Assembly: GCA_040954595.2 (NCBI GenBank)
Contig: CM082592.2
Span: 6,683,677-6,747,676 of the forward strand
DNA: 64,000 bases
Reading direction: 5' to 3'
Source: Balanoglossus misakiensis
Lineage: Eukaryota > Animalia > Hemichordata
In this document: positions 28,601 through 40,684 of the stretch, piece by piece
Layout of the letters: each line of letters begins with the position of its first letter
Numbering within the stretch: the first letter of the stretch is position 1
Notes under the pieces: generated by a model
What the model was told of the DNA's origin: nothing
Database searches by the model: none
The model's input: the letters and a program-made list of their open reading frames with translations, nothing else
Translations under genes and position numbers: made by a program

Positions 28601-31177
28601 TTATGTGTTCCAGTATCTGCGTTCCCTGTTTGCTGTGTTGTTCAAATTTGGTTTTCACCGCTGTCCTGGAAATACATTCCTACCCGACCAAAGCAGAAGC
28701 AGAAAATAAAATAAAGAAACCTAACTTTTATCATCACAGAAGTATTAAACAACACACAAGAATTCAACATCAAGTATTTCAAAACATACACACCACTTTC
28801 ACTCTGTCCTCACCTCAAACTGAGTTTCAAAGTTCTCAAAATCAAAGAGCCTTGATTGGAAGCCCTCGGCCAAAGCTCCTCCTGAAGATAAAAAGATCAA
28901 AACTCTCTTTACTCAAGCGAATAACAACATACATTGTACAACATAAACTATTCTGAAAAATATGAGATATCACGTCTCATTATGCACAATGCCAAGTTAG
29001 AAAAAGTTCAGGATACACACATGTAACACTATACAGGGATTCAGACACACTGTACACCAACCTTCTTCTGGCATCCCCTGCTGTTTCTGGATGCGGCACT
29101 GCAGAGCCTCTTTGGCAGACACAAAGAAGACTCGGTGCTCAGCCTCTTCGTCGGTTATCACCCCGAGTTCCTCCACCAGGAAGTCGATGGTCCTCTCCAA
29201 GTGCTGCTTCTTGACCTGTGAATAACAACCAACATTTCATTGATTTAACACATCTGCTTTAAACCCCCTGCCACCACCATGGTTTGGTCCAGATCCATTG
29301 TTTGCTATAGCAAGTTGGACCTCTTCACAGGGAAACAGAGAACTGATTAAGCTATAAGTTGTGCTGGTGAACTTACATCTTCCATTGATTCTGGTTCCGA
29401 TGCTGATGCATCCCAGCGGTTGTTCAGAATAAAAATGTTTGGTTTGGAGAGCTTCTCGCTGACTTTGTGAAAGAAACTTTTTTCCTGTATGAAAAAAAAC
29501 AAAATAAAAATGCTTTTAATTTTAATATACCTTTCATATTTGTGTGTTCATAAAATCTGTATTGGTAACCTTACAATGGTACAATGTTTTGCTATATACT
29601 GGTAATAGAAATGGTACTCACAGTTCTCATGAGTGTAGATTCAGCATTTGCCACGAGTACAAACACATCCGCGTCCAGGCAATGTTTATCAATCCAGCTA
29701 TCCAAATCGGCTGTTACGTCTACCCCAGGACTGAAAATTAAAACAATGGCGAATTTTTAAGTATTGGTAAGAAAAGTTACAATAAAGTCTGCTCTATCAT
29801 ATGTCATTGAATATAGATTGATAAGACCTTCTTTTCTGCTAGTGAGTGGCTTTCACTGGACATGGCCAATCACTTGGGACAAACCATTCACAAAGACACT
29901 CAGAAAATGATTCCCAGGTCAGAATCACTACTTTAGCAGGTAGCTGGTTACACTGTTTATGAAAACAAAATCCAGGAATGATGTCTACGGTACCTGTCTA
30001 CTAGGACTAGATCATCTTTTAACAGAGCACATCTGGACTTCGGCCAAAACACGTGAATCAAACTGCTCTGATCTTCCAACTTCTGGCTACTCAGGGCGTG
30101 CGCAAGCTGACTAACCGTCTGCTCAAAACAAAACCCGCAAAAGGAATAAGTCAGTCATTGTGGGTGGTAAAAGTGGCAGTCCGTTATCACCTTTATATGA
30201 TAAAGACTGTATAAAACGATGTGTACTACATTTCATGATGTTTGAATACTACTGGTATCATGCTGGTGCGAATAAACACTTCAAATGTACCTGAACGCTT
30301 CTCTTTTCATTTGAATGTGGTGTGATAAGATAGGCCTCGCCGTCACTGCCAGCGATGCTCAGAAAACAATCTGTGGTGTGTCCGATACCAGTTGGCACAA
30401 CTTTGTCTTTCAGCATGGCATTGATGACTGTACTTTTGCCACTACTCGTCCTGTAGAATTGGCATAAATACATGCAACATATAATTCACCGAATGAAACA
30501 TCATTTGGGTGTGATGAAATAGGTGCTCCCTAGGAAGACTCCCGATAAAGGAGGTGGTTCAGATACACTGCAATGTGTAATTAAAAGTGTATTTACGCAT
30601 ACCTCCCAAAGAAGGCAACCTTCATGTGATCTCTGGCCAGTACTTCCAGAATTCCATCTGTCTTCATCTTGTAAGAAGTGACCTCATTTAAGTGTTCCTG
30701 TGAAACTGTCTGTGGTTCAGGAATTTCTGTAAAGGGGCAAATGCACACACACTGATGTTAGAACAATAAGAACGAAATGAGTTCTGGACAGTTATATGCA
30801 CAATTATTTACACTGCAAGGCAGCGGTGTTGACTACATGCAAGAACACATTGTCTCACTGGTAAGCAACCTTGGATAACCTAGCATTGGGCCCATCAAAG
30901 TCGCTTAAAAGTTACTGATGCTTGAACACATACATTTGTATGAAAATCATAATTCCGATACAGTGCTTCTATTTTCCTTGAACTGTTCACGGCATGCGAT
31001 TATCTCACCTTCTAAGAACTGACAACTCTCTTCCAGATGAATAAAAATCTGCTTGAAGACTTTGTTGATCTGCCTCTTGGCATCCACAAACTTCTTCAAG
31101 GGCGAGGGCTTGGGTTCAGTTGTAAAGGGGAGCGAGTGTGGCTGGATGGTGTTGCTGCGTTGCAGATTACGAGCCAT
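25667..31177 (-). CDS. MFN: Mitofusin (dynamin-like mitochondrial fusion GTPase), multi-exon
   Basis: Start [20 protein letters not shown]; G1 [37 protein letters not shown]; [11 protein letters not shown]; [13 protein letters not shown]; TM region [18 protein letters not shown]; [15 protein letters not shown]; C-terminal HR2 [14 protein letters not shown] at 25669-25667. Confidence 0.97.
29259..29350 (+). mobile_element. MITE-like family A, copy 2 (mitofusin intron)
   Basis: TTAAACCCC...CCACCATGGTTTGGTCCAGATCCATTGTTTGCTATAGCAAGTTGGACCTCT...GGGAA...TTAA. Confidence 0.6.
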
Positions 31178-32029
31178 GATGGTATCACTATCTCACAAAA
31201 GTGGGTGGAAAACCTGTGGATTGATTTTATCTGTCAGTGTCGACCAAAAAAGTGACCTCTGTCTGATTCATGTTCCTATACAATTACTGCCAGAGTGTAT
31301 ACCTGAATTATGGCCCAAGCCACTGCTTTTGCACATTTTGATACTGGTCCTTTTAATTTAAAAAAGGATGCAAAGAGACCTACGTTAGTTGTCAATGTTG
31401 ACAGATAATTTTTACTACAAATGTCAAGTCTCCCACTATACTGGTAATGTGTATGTGCAGTTGTGACTGATTGTCTGCCTAAGACATCTACAAAGATTGT
31501 GTTAACAGGAAAGTGTATGGAAATTTGATGTTCCGTTGTTGTTGCTGCTGCTGCTGCTGCAACATGATATTGATACAGATCATCCTCACCCCTTGCTGCA
31601 GTTTTGTGGCCCCACGAATCCCCAAGGGGAGTCGTGGGTCTACAAAACTGCACCAACCTCAAACCCCCTGAATAGAAGATCATTTACACATCGCCCCTTC
31701 TAACTAAACTCTGCTGCTTTCCCCCAAACTCCCACAACGGCTCCTCTTCGGCCTCTTTCTCTGTCCAATTTTGCCAAAATATAGTTGAAAACATTATTTA
31801 TTCTACATCATTGCACTAGTACACTGTCTATGCATGTGTGTGTTGTTACATCACGCATGGATCATAACTTCCATAACACATCATGACGCATGATAGCATT
31901 TCACAAATAACCTGTATCAAAATATTACTCACGTTCAGCTGTTCAGGAAAAAGATATCACTAACTTCAGAATTCTGTAAATATCATCGAGAATTTACGTT
32001 TCAGGTATCAAAATGAAATACATTCATCT

Positions 32030-32330
32030 GTGCACGTGTGTCGCCGACCTACCGCTGTCGTTGTACATTTTATGTTCATTTGACCTCTGACCTTCATACA
32101 GCAGAGCGATTGTCGGTTGTTTCTTTTCCCCACTTTGGGTCAAAACTCTAAAATTTAAAAAGCATCCACAGACTACAAGTTTCTACAGAGTACTTTGTTT
32201 ATTAATCTGTATCTTCTACAGAATTTATACTTAACTTTTAATTCTTTCCGACTTCTGAGAACTTTAGCCATTCAAAAGTTCTATTTTCAAGTGCATTCTG
32301 GGTAATTAGCGGGAAATTTTAAAATGGCGG
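32030..32330. promoter_or_regulatory. Candidate bidirectional promoter shared by mitofusin (-) and CENP-S (+)
   Basis: Head-to-head genes. A minus-strand donor (GTGAGT, ~31927-31932) suggests a non-coding first MFN exon. Motifs: DR1/ERRE 32081-32096, ZNF143/Staf-like GTGCATTCTGGGTA 32291-32304, E2F GCGGGAAA 32309-32316, TTTAAA 32318-32323, YY1-like AAAATGGCGG 32321-32330. Confidence 0.6.
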
Positions 32331-33604
32331 ACGACGAAGACTACGACCAACTTGCTTACAACCAGGTAACTAATGTGACAAACAATAATAACAGTGAACA
32401 CCATATGTATTTAACAATTGCTAATGAATTTAACCGTAGACAGTAGAGCTCTGCTGTCCATGATTTAACTTAGCTATACTGTGTGAGGACTGATACTGAT
32501 TTTGTATTAATGCTCCTTGAAAGTTGTAACTTATACATGTATGTATTACACTGCAGTTGCCATGCCAATGGTCCAGTGTAAACAGCCCACTGACACTAGT
32601 GAGAGTACATTGTGTACCGTGATTATACACAAAATGGAATATTGAGATGACATAAAATTCTCTTTTTTTTCATGTGCAGAGGCTGAAGGCAGCCATTCAT
32701 TACACTGTGGGTCAGATATGTGAGGAGTGTGCCAGGGATGAAGATGTTGTGTTTTCAAGACAATTCATTGCTACACTCACTGAGGCTGCATACAGGCAAT
32801 GCGGTAAAGCAAATTCAAATTTTAATCAACGAACACCGATGGCCCATCCTCCCTTGACAGAAAGAGAAATAAATTAACAACCTAAAAACACCCATGATCA
32901 TGATGTATGCCTAACATTCTTCTTTGTTTTTTTTCACCAGGGATATTAGCCGGTGATTTAGAGCTGTTTGCAAAGTAAGCATTCAAAACATAAATACTGT
33001 AACCGTTTTCTTTTGTGTCCTCTTCCATTTCAGTTTCTATGGTCTTATTGTAGTCATAATAGTGAAAAATTTTCTTACTGGCATACCACTCTATGGTAAA
33101 AAAATAATTAATTTTCATGATCTTATTTTGACAGACATGCCAAGAGATCTGTGATTAATGCCGAAGATGTAAAATTGGCTGTCAGGAGATCAAGACCACT
33201 GGTATGTGTTTAAAATTTGTATGAGAGGTGTACATGTAATAAGACCAAACTGGCTTTCAAGTTTCTTAGACTTTGTCGGCACTGTATGCAGACAACATGA
33301 TCGTAATGCAGTACAAATGTCTTTGGAACATAGGGTACACATTTGCAGGTTAGATATAGACAAGGCATTTTTTTGTTAACTTTCATGGAATGTTTTCTAA
33401 GGTAGAATTATGCAATCTAAACTCCAAGGTATATGCGCAATATCCTTACAGCTGGATATTTTGTTCTTTTTTGCCTCACTGTAGTATCTTCATCTTTCAT
33501 CACTGAACGAAAAGCAAGTGGCCATCAATGAAGTCTCGAGAGAAAAGAAGAAAAAGAAGAAATCAAAGCAAGCAGAAAGTGGGCCTACAGAGTCAATGGA
33601 CTAA
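32324..33604 (+). CDS. CENPS: Centromere protein S (MHF1/APITD1), histone-fold, 5 exons
   Basis: Exons 32324-32365, 32680-32803, 32941-32974, 33134-33201, 33485-33604 give MADDEDYDQLAYNQRLKAAIHYTVGQIC..FSRQFIATLTE..LAGDLELFAKHAKRSVINAEDVKLAVRRS, then a Lys-rich tail and TAA. AATAAA at ~33875. Confidence 0.96.
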
Positions 33605-33996
33605 ACTTTTTCACATCTGCTGTTTGATGTTTGCAGCCAGATGTACAAAATATTAGTTTGGAATCTTTGGATGTCTGAAGGAGACTGTAAACAGACTCCT
33701 ATGAGCGATTTTGATTCGGAAAAGTGTAAGTTCAAGTCAATGTCATAAGAACTTTTTGTTGCAAGAACTGTTTCATGATGTTTACCTAAAATTTGCCTCA
33801 AAAGAGAGTGACTGACTTTGTCCCATTACCGGTAAATGTACTCCAATCATGCTTAGGTGTTTGCTATAAGGTTAAATAAATCCATATGTTCAATACAGAG
33901 CAAAAAAGATATAGTGGTTGTTGTATTTTTTTTTCATAACTGCACACTTTTTTGTTAACCTTTGCGAATTTTGGTAATGTTAGGGGAGTTGGGCAT

Positions 33997-34245
33997 TTAT
34001 CCAGCGGGATGATTCCCTCTAGGGCGTAAAGTCATCGACAGCAGATTTGCATACCATAGTATATGGCATTCAAGGGTCACAATTTCTGCTGGAGTAAAGT
34101 TGTTCAGGCACTGTGGACAGTTGCCATGCCCTAGTATGTACCACTTAAGGATACAGGCTTCGTGCATAAATAGCCCACACCCCTGACATTGCCAATATGA
34201 TCGATATCCTTGGATTGCTTGGAAACATTGCATACAGTCATCCAT
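33997..34245 (-). CDS. Putative 82-aa stand-alone C4HC3 RING-variant protein (or gene fragment)
   Basis: C-x2-C-x12-C-x2-C-x4-H-x2-C-x3-W-x7-C-P-x-C with all eight ligands present. ATG context has A at -3 and G at +4. No evidence of transcription. Confidence 0.55.
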   Translation of the reverse strand: MDDCMQCFQAIQGYRSYWQCQGCGLFMHEACILKWYILGHGNCPQCLNNFTPAEIVTLECHILWYANLLSMTLRPRGNHPAG

Positions 34246-34590
34246 GATTCCACTATATATACGTTGCTCATTGCTTCGAATTCCCTATAACGTTTAATGT
34301 CCATGTCAAAACATTACCTACGGTTTTGGTGCAGTGGAAACCGACCAATCCAGCATTACAGAATGATCAAAATTTGAATATGTTAATACAGGACTGTGAT
34401 ATACGGAAACAACCTTGCACAGGTCATGCAATAGTATACTGGTAGTAGCGTCTGACATGACATGAACCCACTCGAAGCATGATGAATGGAGTTAGTGTGT
34501 TCAGATTGGCGTGATAGCCAACATTAAAAAAAATACATTATTAGATTTCTCTATTCGCTTATAACAATCATATCATTTTACAATACACAA

Positions 34591-34629
34591 TGCACCTGGA
34601 TTTGACAGTGCACCTGGATTTGACAGTGC
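34591..34629. repeat. 18-bp direct tandem duplication
   Basis: TGCACCTGGATTTGACAG x2 plus TGC. Confidence 0.85.
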
Positions 34630-34948
34630 CTATGTACTGACTTGGGTAATCCTGTAATCCTAGATCCTGAGCATACACAAACTAGTCTTAGTGAGATTTT
34701 GTGTATAAAAATACAGACTAACACCTCCGCTTGGATAATTGTTGCTCAGAGACTGCCCAAGGAAAAGAGGTTCAACTGTGCTTATTTTAGCCAAAAATCC
34801 AATAGGTCTGACTTGTATCAAGTGTACTTCATCCAAAAATCTTTTGTTTTACACATAGTATTTTGATTTCAACATTTATTTCATTAATAAACCAACATAG
34901 CTTCGCTTCGTGATAAACAAGCGGTAAGCGTAGGGGCATGGGTGGGGA

Positions 34949-35004
34949 CAATCTGATTAAAAGTTCCACGTCACCGTTCCCTACATCTGATTTTAATCAG
35001 ATTG
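34949..35004. mobile_element. Internally deleted palindromic MITE-like family B copy with candidate 9-bp TSD
   Basis: Terminal inverted repeats CAATCTGATTAAAA / TTTTAATCAGATTG. Flanks are GGGTGGGGA and GGGTGGGGG (8/9). The right arm is near-identical to 51318-51353. Confidence 0.6.
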
Positions 35005-35009
35005 GGGTG

Positions 35010-35100
35010 GGGGATTCCCCTGCTACCCAGAATGCTGAGGGAATCCCTTTCCAGTGACGTCACAAACGGAAGGGAATCCCCGGCCACGGTGCATTGTGGG
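35010..35100. promoter_or_regulatory. CpG-rich promoter upstream of MRM1 with clustered TF motifs
   Basis: kB-like GGGGATTCCCC 35010-35020, GGGAATCCC 35039-35047, GGGAATCCCC 35072-35081; CRE TGACGTCA 35055-35062; ETS CGGAAG 35067-35072; ZNF143-like TACCCAGAATGC 35024-35035 and GTGCATTGTGGG 35089-35100. MRM1 ATG at 35183. Confidence 0.6.
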
Positions 35101-35182
35101 CGTCTCAAAAAGCCCATGTGCACACTGTCGCCGTGTGGAGTGACCGTGTTAAAACGTTTGAACAAAGTTCGATCGTAAAATC

Positions 35183-38100
35183 ATGTTTATTAGCGGGAAT
35201 ACGTTCGTGAAGACTTTTTCGCTCGTAAGACGTGTTGTACGATTACAGACACAAGTTTCCATATCTTGCAGTTGTCGATGCACTGCTCGTAAGACCAGTG
35301 ATCGCGAGCGGACAGTAGGTGATGACGGTCGAATCGATGGACCTCCCTGGAAACCGAAATCGAGAAGGATTACATCCAGCGAAGGTGATGATCACGAAAA
35401 GTCGTATGATCTAGCTCCTTCTCAGCAGGCAACAAATCGCGTGACCTTCCCTGTATCACGCCCTGTTGCGAGGACCGTTCACAGGACAACTGCGGGCCGA
35501 AGGACGCGACTTCGCGGGGAAGTTGACGAGAGGAAAACACGAGTTGCCGTTCCCATCACGCCGAGAAAGGCCAGGATGGGCCCTGAACACGTTGCAATGG
35601 ACGATAAAACCGACCTAGGGCAGACTAGAAACTGCGTCGCCAAAGAGGGGTGGGAGCTGAACGATTCGATACAGCGTGAGAAGTCAGATTCCCGAACCCC
35701 GAGATACACAGAACATACAATTAGAAACGTGCAGACATCAGGCGACCCGGGGATGTACGGCACCTATGTTGAAAGAGAAAGTCGCGAATCAGATGTATCT
35801 GTCAGCGCTGATCTAATGATAGATGATGAAGATCAGCAGTATACGGAACACTCCAGGAGGACAATATCTAAATCAAAACAACCGAGGAGTAAATATATTG
35901 ACAAAGAAACTTGGATGTACGCACAAGGACAAAGGTACTGATGATGTGAACAAATACACATACTCAAAGTTACTATAGAAAGTTTGACAGGTTTTCACTT
36001 TGCTTGCTCTTGTAATAAAGTGCGCCAGTACATTGTCAATACCAAGGTGTTGGCACACCCTTAGCAATATATGAACACAGGTAAAATAGAGGTGACTGTA
36101 TCACATCAAGTTGATGAAACTGCGAGGTGGTTTTTTTTCTATTTTCAGTTCAAAGGCGTACAAACCCAAACCGGGTAATGACATGCTGTTTGGGATATCA
36201 CCGTGCATCGTTGCTGTGATGGAAGGAAGGAGGGATGTTCATAGAGTTTTCGTCAGAAAGGGTCTGCTTGAAACAACCAAGAGAGAAGAAATGGGCGAGA
36301 TGAAACGGATGTGTGCTGAGAAAGGGGTCATGATTGAAGAAGTGGCCAAACACGTTCTGGACAGTATGAGCGGAGACAGACCTCATCAGGTAGGTTGCTC
36401 TGCTGATATAGCAGTATTGGTTACCCATGATCCTCTGTTTCTTCCACTGCACTCCAGACTATCTTTCTGGAGGGCAACGGAAGAAGCAGAGGAGTCTGGG
36501 TAACTGAGACTACTGTTATAGAAGCATAGAGTGAAAAGTAATGGACTAGAGGCATAAATGATGGTCTTTTCCCACTGTGGATACAAAAAGCAACAATTAT
36601 TGCTTTCTGGACAAAAATGGATTAAACAGCTTTACCACTGTATCCGTGAAAACCTTTGACATATTGTTTGCTTTCCAGGGTATTTGCATGGAAGTAAGTC
36701 GTCTTAATTTTGAGATGTTGACAAGTGATGATGTGGAGTTGCTACGGAAATGTTCTCCAGAATTGAAACTGTGCGTTGCCCTGGACCAGATAAAGGTAAT
36801 AAAACAGTGAAGTAGGTTTGAATTAAATGCCGTTTTTGTGAAGATATTTTACCCCTCTGACGAGAACAATTTGTAGATCATGATTTTAGTGGTCATAGCA
36901 CATCCCACTCATTGATAAAATAAGAGTTGCATTTTTGCATATTTTGATTCTTACAGGACCCAATGAATTTTGGTGCCATTCTCAGATCCTGCTATTTCAT
37001 GGGAGTCAGCAGTGTTGTTACAACCAAGAAAAATTGGTCAGTGCCTGCTTCCATTATTATTAAGTACAAACACGTATTTTACATGTTTACAAGATATGAA
37101 CTAATGAATACAACATATCACTAATAATGAATATGTACAAATGACTTTGGGATACCGATTATCTTCTGGCAATTGCCATGTGGACAGTTACCATCGGAAC
37201 AGTTATGCCCACCCAACAAATCAGTGTTAGGGTTAAGAAAGCTGTCTTTATCTTTTTGTTGTTTCCAGTTGTCCCCTCACTCCTGTAGCAAGTAAAGCCA
37301 GTGCTGGCACCATGGAAATCATGAAAATAAACACAGTTCCCAAGCTCAGCCATTTCCTTCAGGTGAGTGGTGTAATCAAATGAATTGATTCACATGATGT
37401 CAACCTGCTCCTGAATAGCTAGTGCTAACATCATAGATATTTTTTCTTCTGTAGGATCTATCAGAACATGACTGGGACATAGTAGGGACTTGTAATCTGT
37501 CTGCAGAATCTCTCCATAGGAATCGGCCAGTTGTCAAGGCAACTGATTTCAGACAAGAAAAGCCAACTGTTCTTGTTCTAGGTAAATAAGTTACTATTAT
37601 GACATGTTTTCCACACAGGAAAAATTGTTCCGTAATGATTCTTTTCACAAACTACCAATTCCGTTCAAACCACGAACAATCCCCATAGCCAGGGAACAGT
37701 GTTCAATAGTCAACTGCAATCAACAATTAGTTATTCAAGGACTTACTGGTGGCATCTGCATTACGAGACAATGTTTTATTTTTCCTGACCAGCCTTGGAA
37801 TCTTTTCCCTACAGGTAATGAAGGCCACGGTTTGAAAGAGGAAGTACTGGAGACATGTTCTAAACTGATTGCAATATCTCCTGGAAGAGTCTTGCATCCT
37901 CACATCGATTCGTTGAATGTTTCTGTGGTAACAGGTAAGGAAATGCTATGTGGTAAAATGCGAGTATCTGTGATCCCTGATTTGACCAAACGATCATAGA
38001 AACAACACAACAATCATGATACTAAAAATGCTAATCCATTTAAAATATATATGTAAAGAGTCTATGACCACCATTAACGGACTCCTCTAATTTTGACATT

Positions 38101-38221
38101 ATGATGCTACATGCATAACATTTACAATCAAAAAATATCTCAAATAAAGTTTCACCATGTTTTTTATGATTATTTTTCAGGAATTCTACTATATTCCATT
38201 CTGCAGAACAGGATTACCTGA
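35183..38221 (+). CDS. MRM1: Mitochondrial rRNA 2'-O-methyltransferase 1 (SpoU/TrmH family), 8 exons
   Basis: Arg-rich, acid-poor N-terminus; LFGISPC..RRDVHRVF; RPHQGICMEVS; ALDQIKDPMNFGAILRSCYFMG; VASKASAG; LVLGNEGHGL; DSLNVSVVTGILLY. TGA at 38219-38221. Confidence 0.93.
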
Positions 38222-38802
38222 CACTTCCCTACAGTACAAAATCCCTGCACCTTTTCCCGGTACACTGATTGGTAGTGACCACCAGGGCACTTATAAAACA
38301 TACAAAGTTTGTCTTGAACTGGTAAATTTTGTCTGTAAAGAAATAACCTCTGTATGAACAAGGAATATTGTTATTTATCATGTCATAACAGTAATAAGTG
38401 GAAATAAAAAAATAATTCAAATTACTTCTGTAAGAGCTTTTCTCCAAGTCTGCGACAAAACAGTATGACCTACAGACTGGTATATTTATGCTTCAGAGGG
38501 CACCCCAAACTTGCACAGTCACGTGACCTTGTCAACAGTAACAAGGCCATGGTTTCTGCTGTTCACTTTGAAGACCAAGGTTTGTCACATAAATATTGAG
38601 ACCCTGGAACAATTTTTGTCTCTTGTATGCCCAGACACATCCTTCTTTAGTGTAAGGGGGCTCGGGTAGTGACAATAACTGTGCCTCATCGGGTACCAGC
38701 ATTCAGTCTTGACAGTGGGCACAGGGCACTACAGTGGTTGTTGAACTGGCAGTATAGTGCAATGTCCTCAAGCTATGTACATGTAATGATGATCCTTGCC
38801 GC

Positions 38803-39706
38803 CTACTCCAACCCTTCCTGTTTCTCCCTGACTGAAACCTGAAAATGGAAAAAAAATGAAAGGGATCTATCTTTTTCACACTTATTCTAAACCCACTGAT
38901 GTCAACTGATCTCATAAGTTCCCATGGTATATATTTATCAAATGGCAGCTGAGAACCAAAAACCATTCACTAAAATTCAGTAGCAAACATAATGTTCAGC
39001 TTTGTGTATGACTGCTGCAGTAAACCTGACACAGGTCTTCTTGATAGATTTACATTTGTACAAGGCAACCCCCAGTAACCAACACTTTTGTGAATTTTAC
39101 CTTAAACCTTTCTTCAAGAAGTGAAATTTCACTGATAAGATCTGTGATGGCATTTGTAAATGCTTCCTGCGGACTGTAATCCGGTGTGGTCTGTACTCTC
39201 AACACAAACTTGTGCTCGAGGGGGTGAGGTACCTTATAGCCAGCAAACAACACTTGTGGATCTTTCAGTAATTGACTGAAAAGAACGGAAAAGAAACACA
39301 ATTATGAATGTTACACATTCTGCCACGTTCTCAACTTCTCTGTATAACACTAACATGTTAATTTCAAATCCAAAAAAATCTTTCATGTGGATTTGTGTAT
39401 GATAAAGGAGCACCAGTCCACATTGATACAGTTTCCACACAACATTCTTCTCATAAAACCTACCTTCTAAGAAGATTGCCGAGTGTATGGTCTTCTTTGT
39501 TCACTGTAAACATGGCAGCATTGGGAACTTTCGTGTCTTTGGCAACTTGGATTCTAAAATAAGAAACATACGTCGAAGCGTTAGATACAATTGATTAGCA
39601 AAGACCGAGTGTCACTCTGTATGTACAAAACAAAAATCGAGCGTAGGACTTACTTCTTTTCTCCCTCGTACAACAAAAATGCCTCAAATGATGGTGGGGC
39701 ATTCAT
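38803..39706 (-). CDS. POLR2J: RNA polymerase II subunit RPB11, 4 exons
   Basis: [18 protein letters not shown] / [24 protein letters not shown] / [58 protein letters not shown] / [11 protein letters not shown]. Confidence 0.98.
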
Positions 39707-40684
39707 GGTTTACGTGTCACCTTTCGAACCTGTTCCTGAGTTTTATGATTTGTGAAAAACCCGTCAACTTCCTTGTCACACCAAAGCGACCTTGCTTTTC
39801 AATTTCAGTTCACGTTGTTTTGCAGTGTTCGTTTGCTTGTCATTTCTTTACGCCAATAAGACGGTAACCTTTTGGGATAAAATGTAACTACATTAGTGGA
39901 TTATATCACAGGAAATGTTTCTATATTATAAAAAAAGATATTTTTTGATAATTTTAAAAAGCTTAAATATCAATTTTTGGTGTTGAAATTCAATACAAAT
40001 AGCAAATCGCTTGTAATCTCTAGAGGGCGCTGGTCTGCCCAAGGTCAAGTGGGGTCAAATTTCCAGTTTGTGCGTGGATGTGTACAAAAACGGCGTGATC
40101 CCTTTTGTATCAGTTTTTATGCTGTTAATGAAGTTATAAATATGAGTATTATTGATTAAAAACCACCTGCTTACCAAAGGAATTCCGAATGGTAGGAATT
40201 TATGCTGAATGTTGCCTAGGTCAATGACACCATCACTGTGCACTTTGAGCTTTGCAACTGTTATGAATAATTTCAAAGTAAAACTGGCAGGTGTTGCAAG
40301 TTATCAAGTCAATCTTATAAGAATACAAAACGTTTATTGAAAAAAAACGGTATTTAAACACAACAAAACTTGTTTACTGAAACTTTTTCACAGTGATGAA
40401 ACTTTGGACTTTGAAACCACAAAGTTGACCAGTTGAATTTGAAGTCTTTGGCAACAGACACTTATCCACACAGCCGTTCTGAGACACTTCATCTCATCAA
40501 ATGTCCATGCATGGATAAACACTCCACTTTTCAGGACTTCATTTGACACTATGTCCACAGACAAGTGGGCATTCTAATGTACATTTCTGCGACTTCTCAT
40601 TGCTAGAATGTCCAAATAGAAGATTTCAATCTAATGGACATTTCGTGTACAACGATTCTGTTGCACATTTGGGTCGCACGGTAT

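Noticed and set aside
32324-33604. Functional link between CENP-S and the nearby satellite
   Set aside because: Proximity (~21 kb) only; CENP-S acts in trans and there is no sequence evidence for a link.
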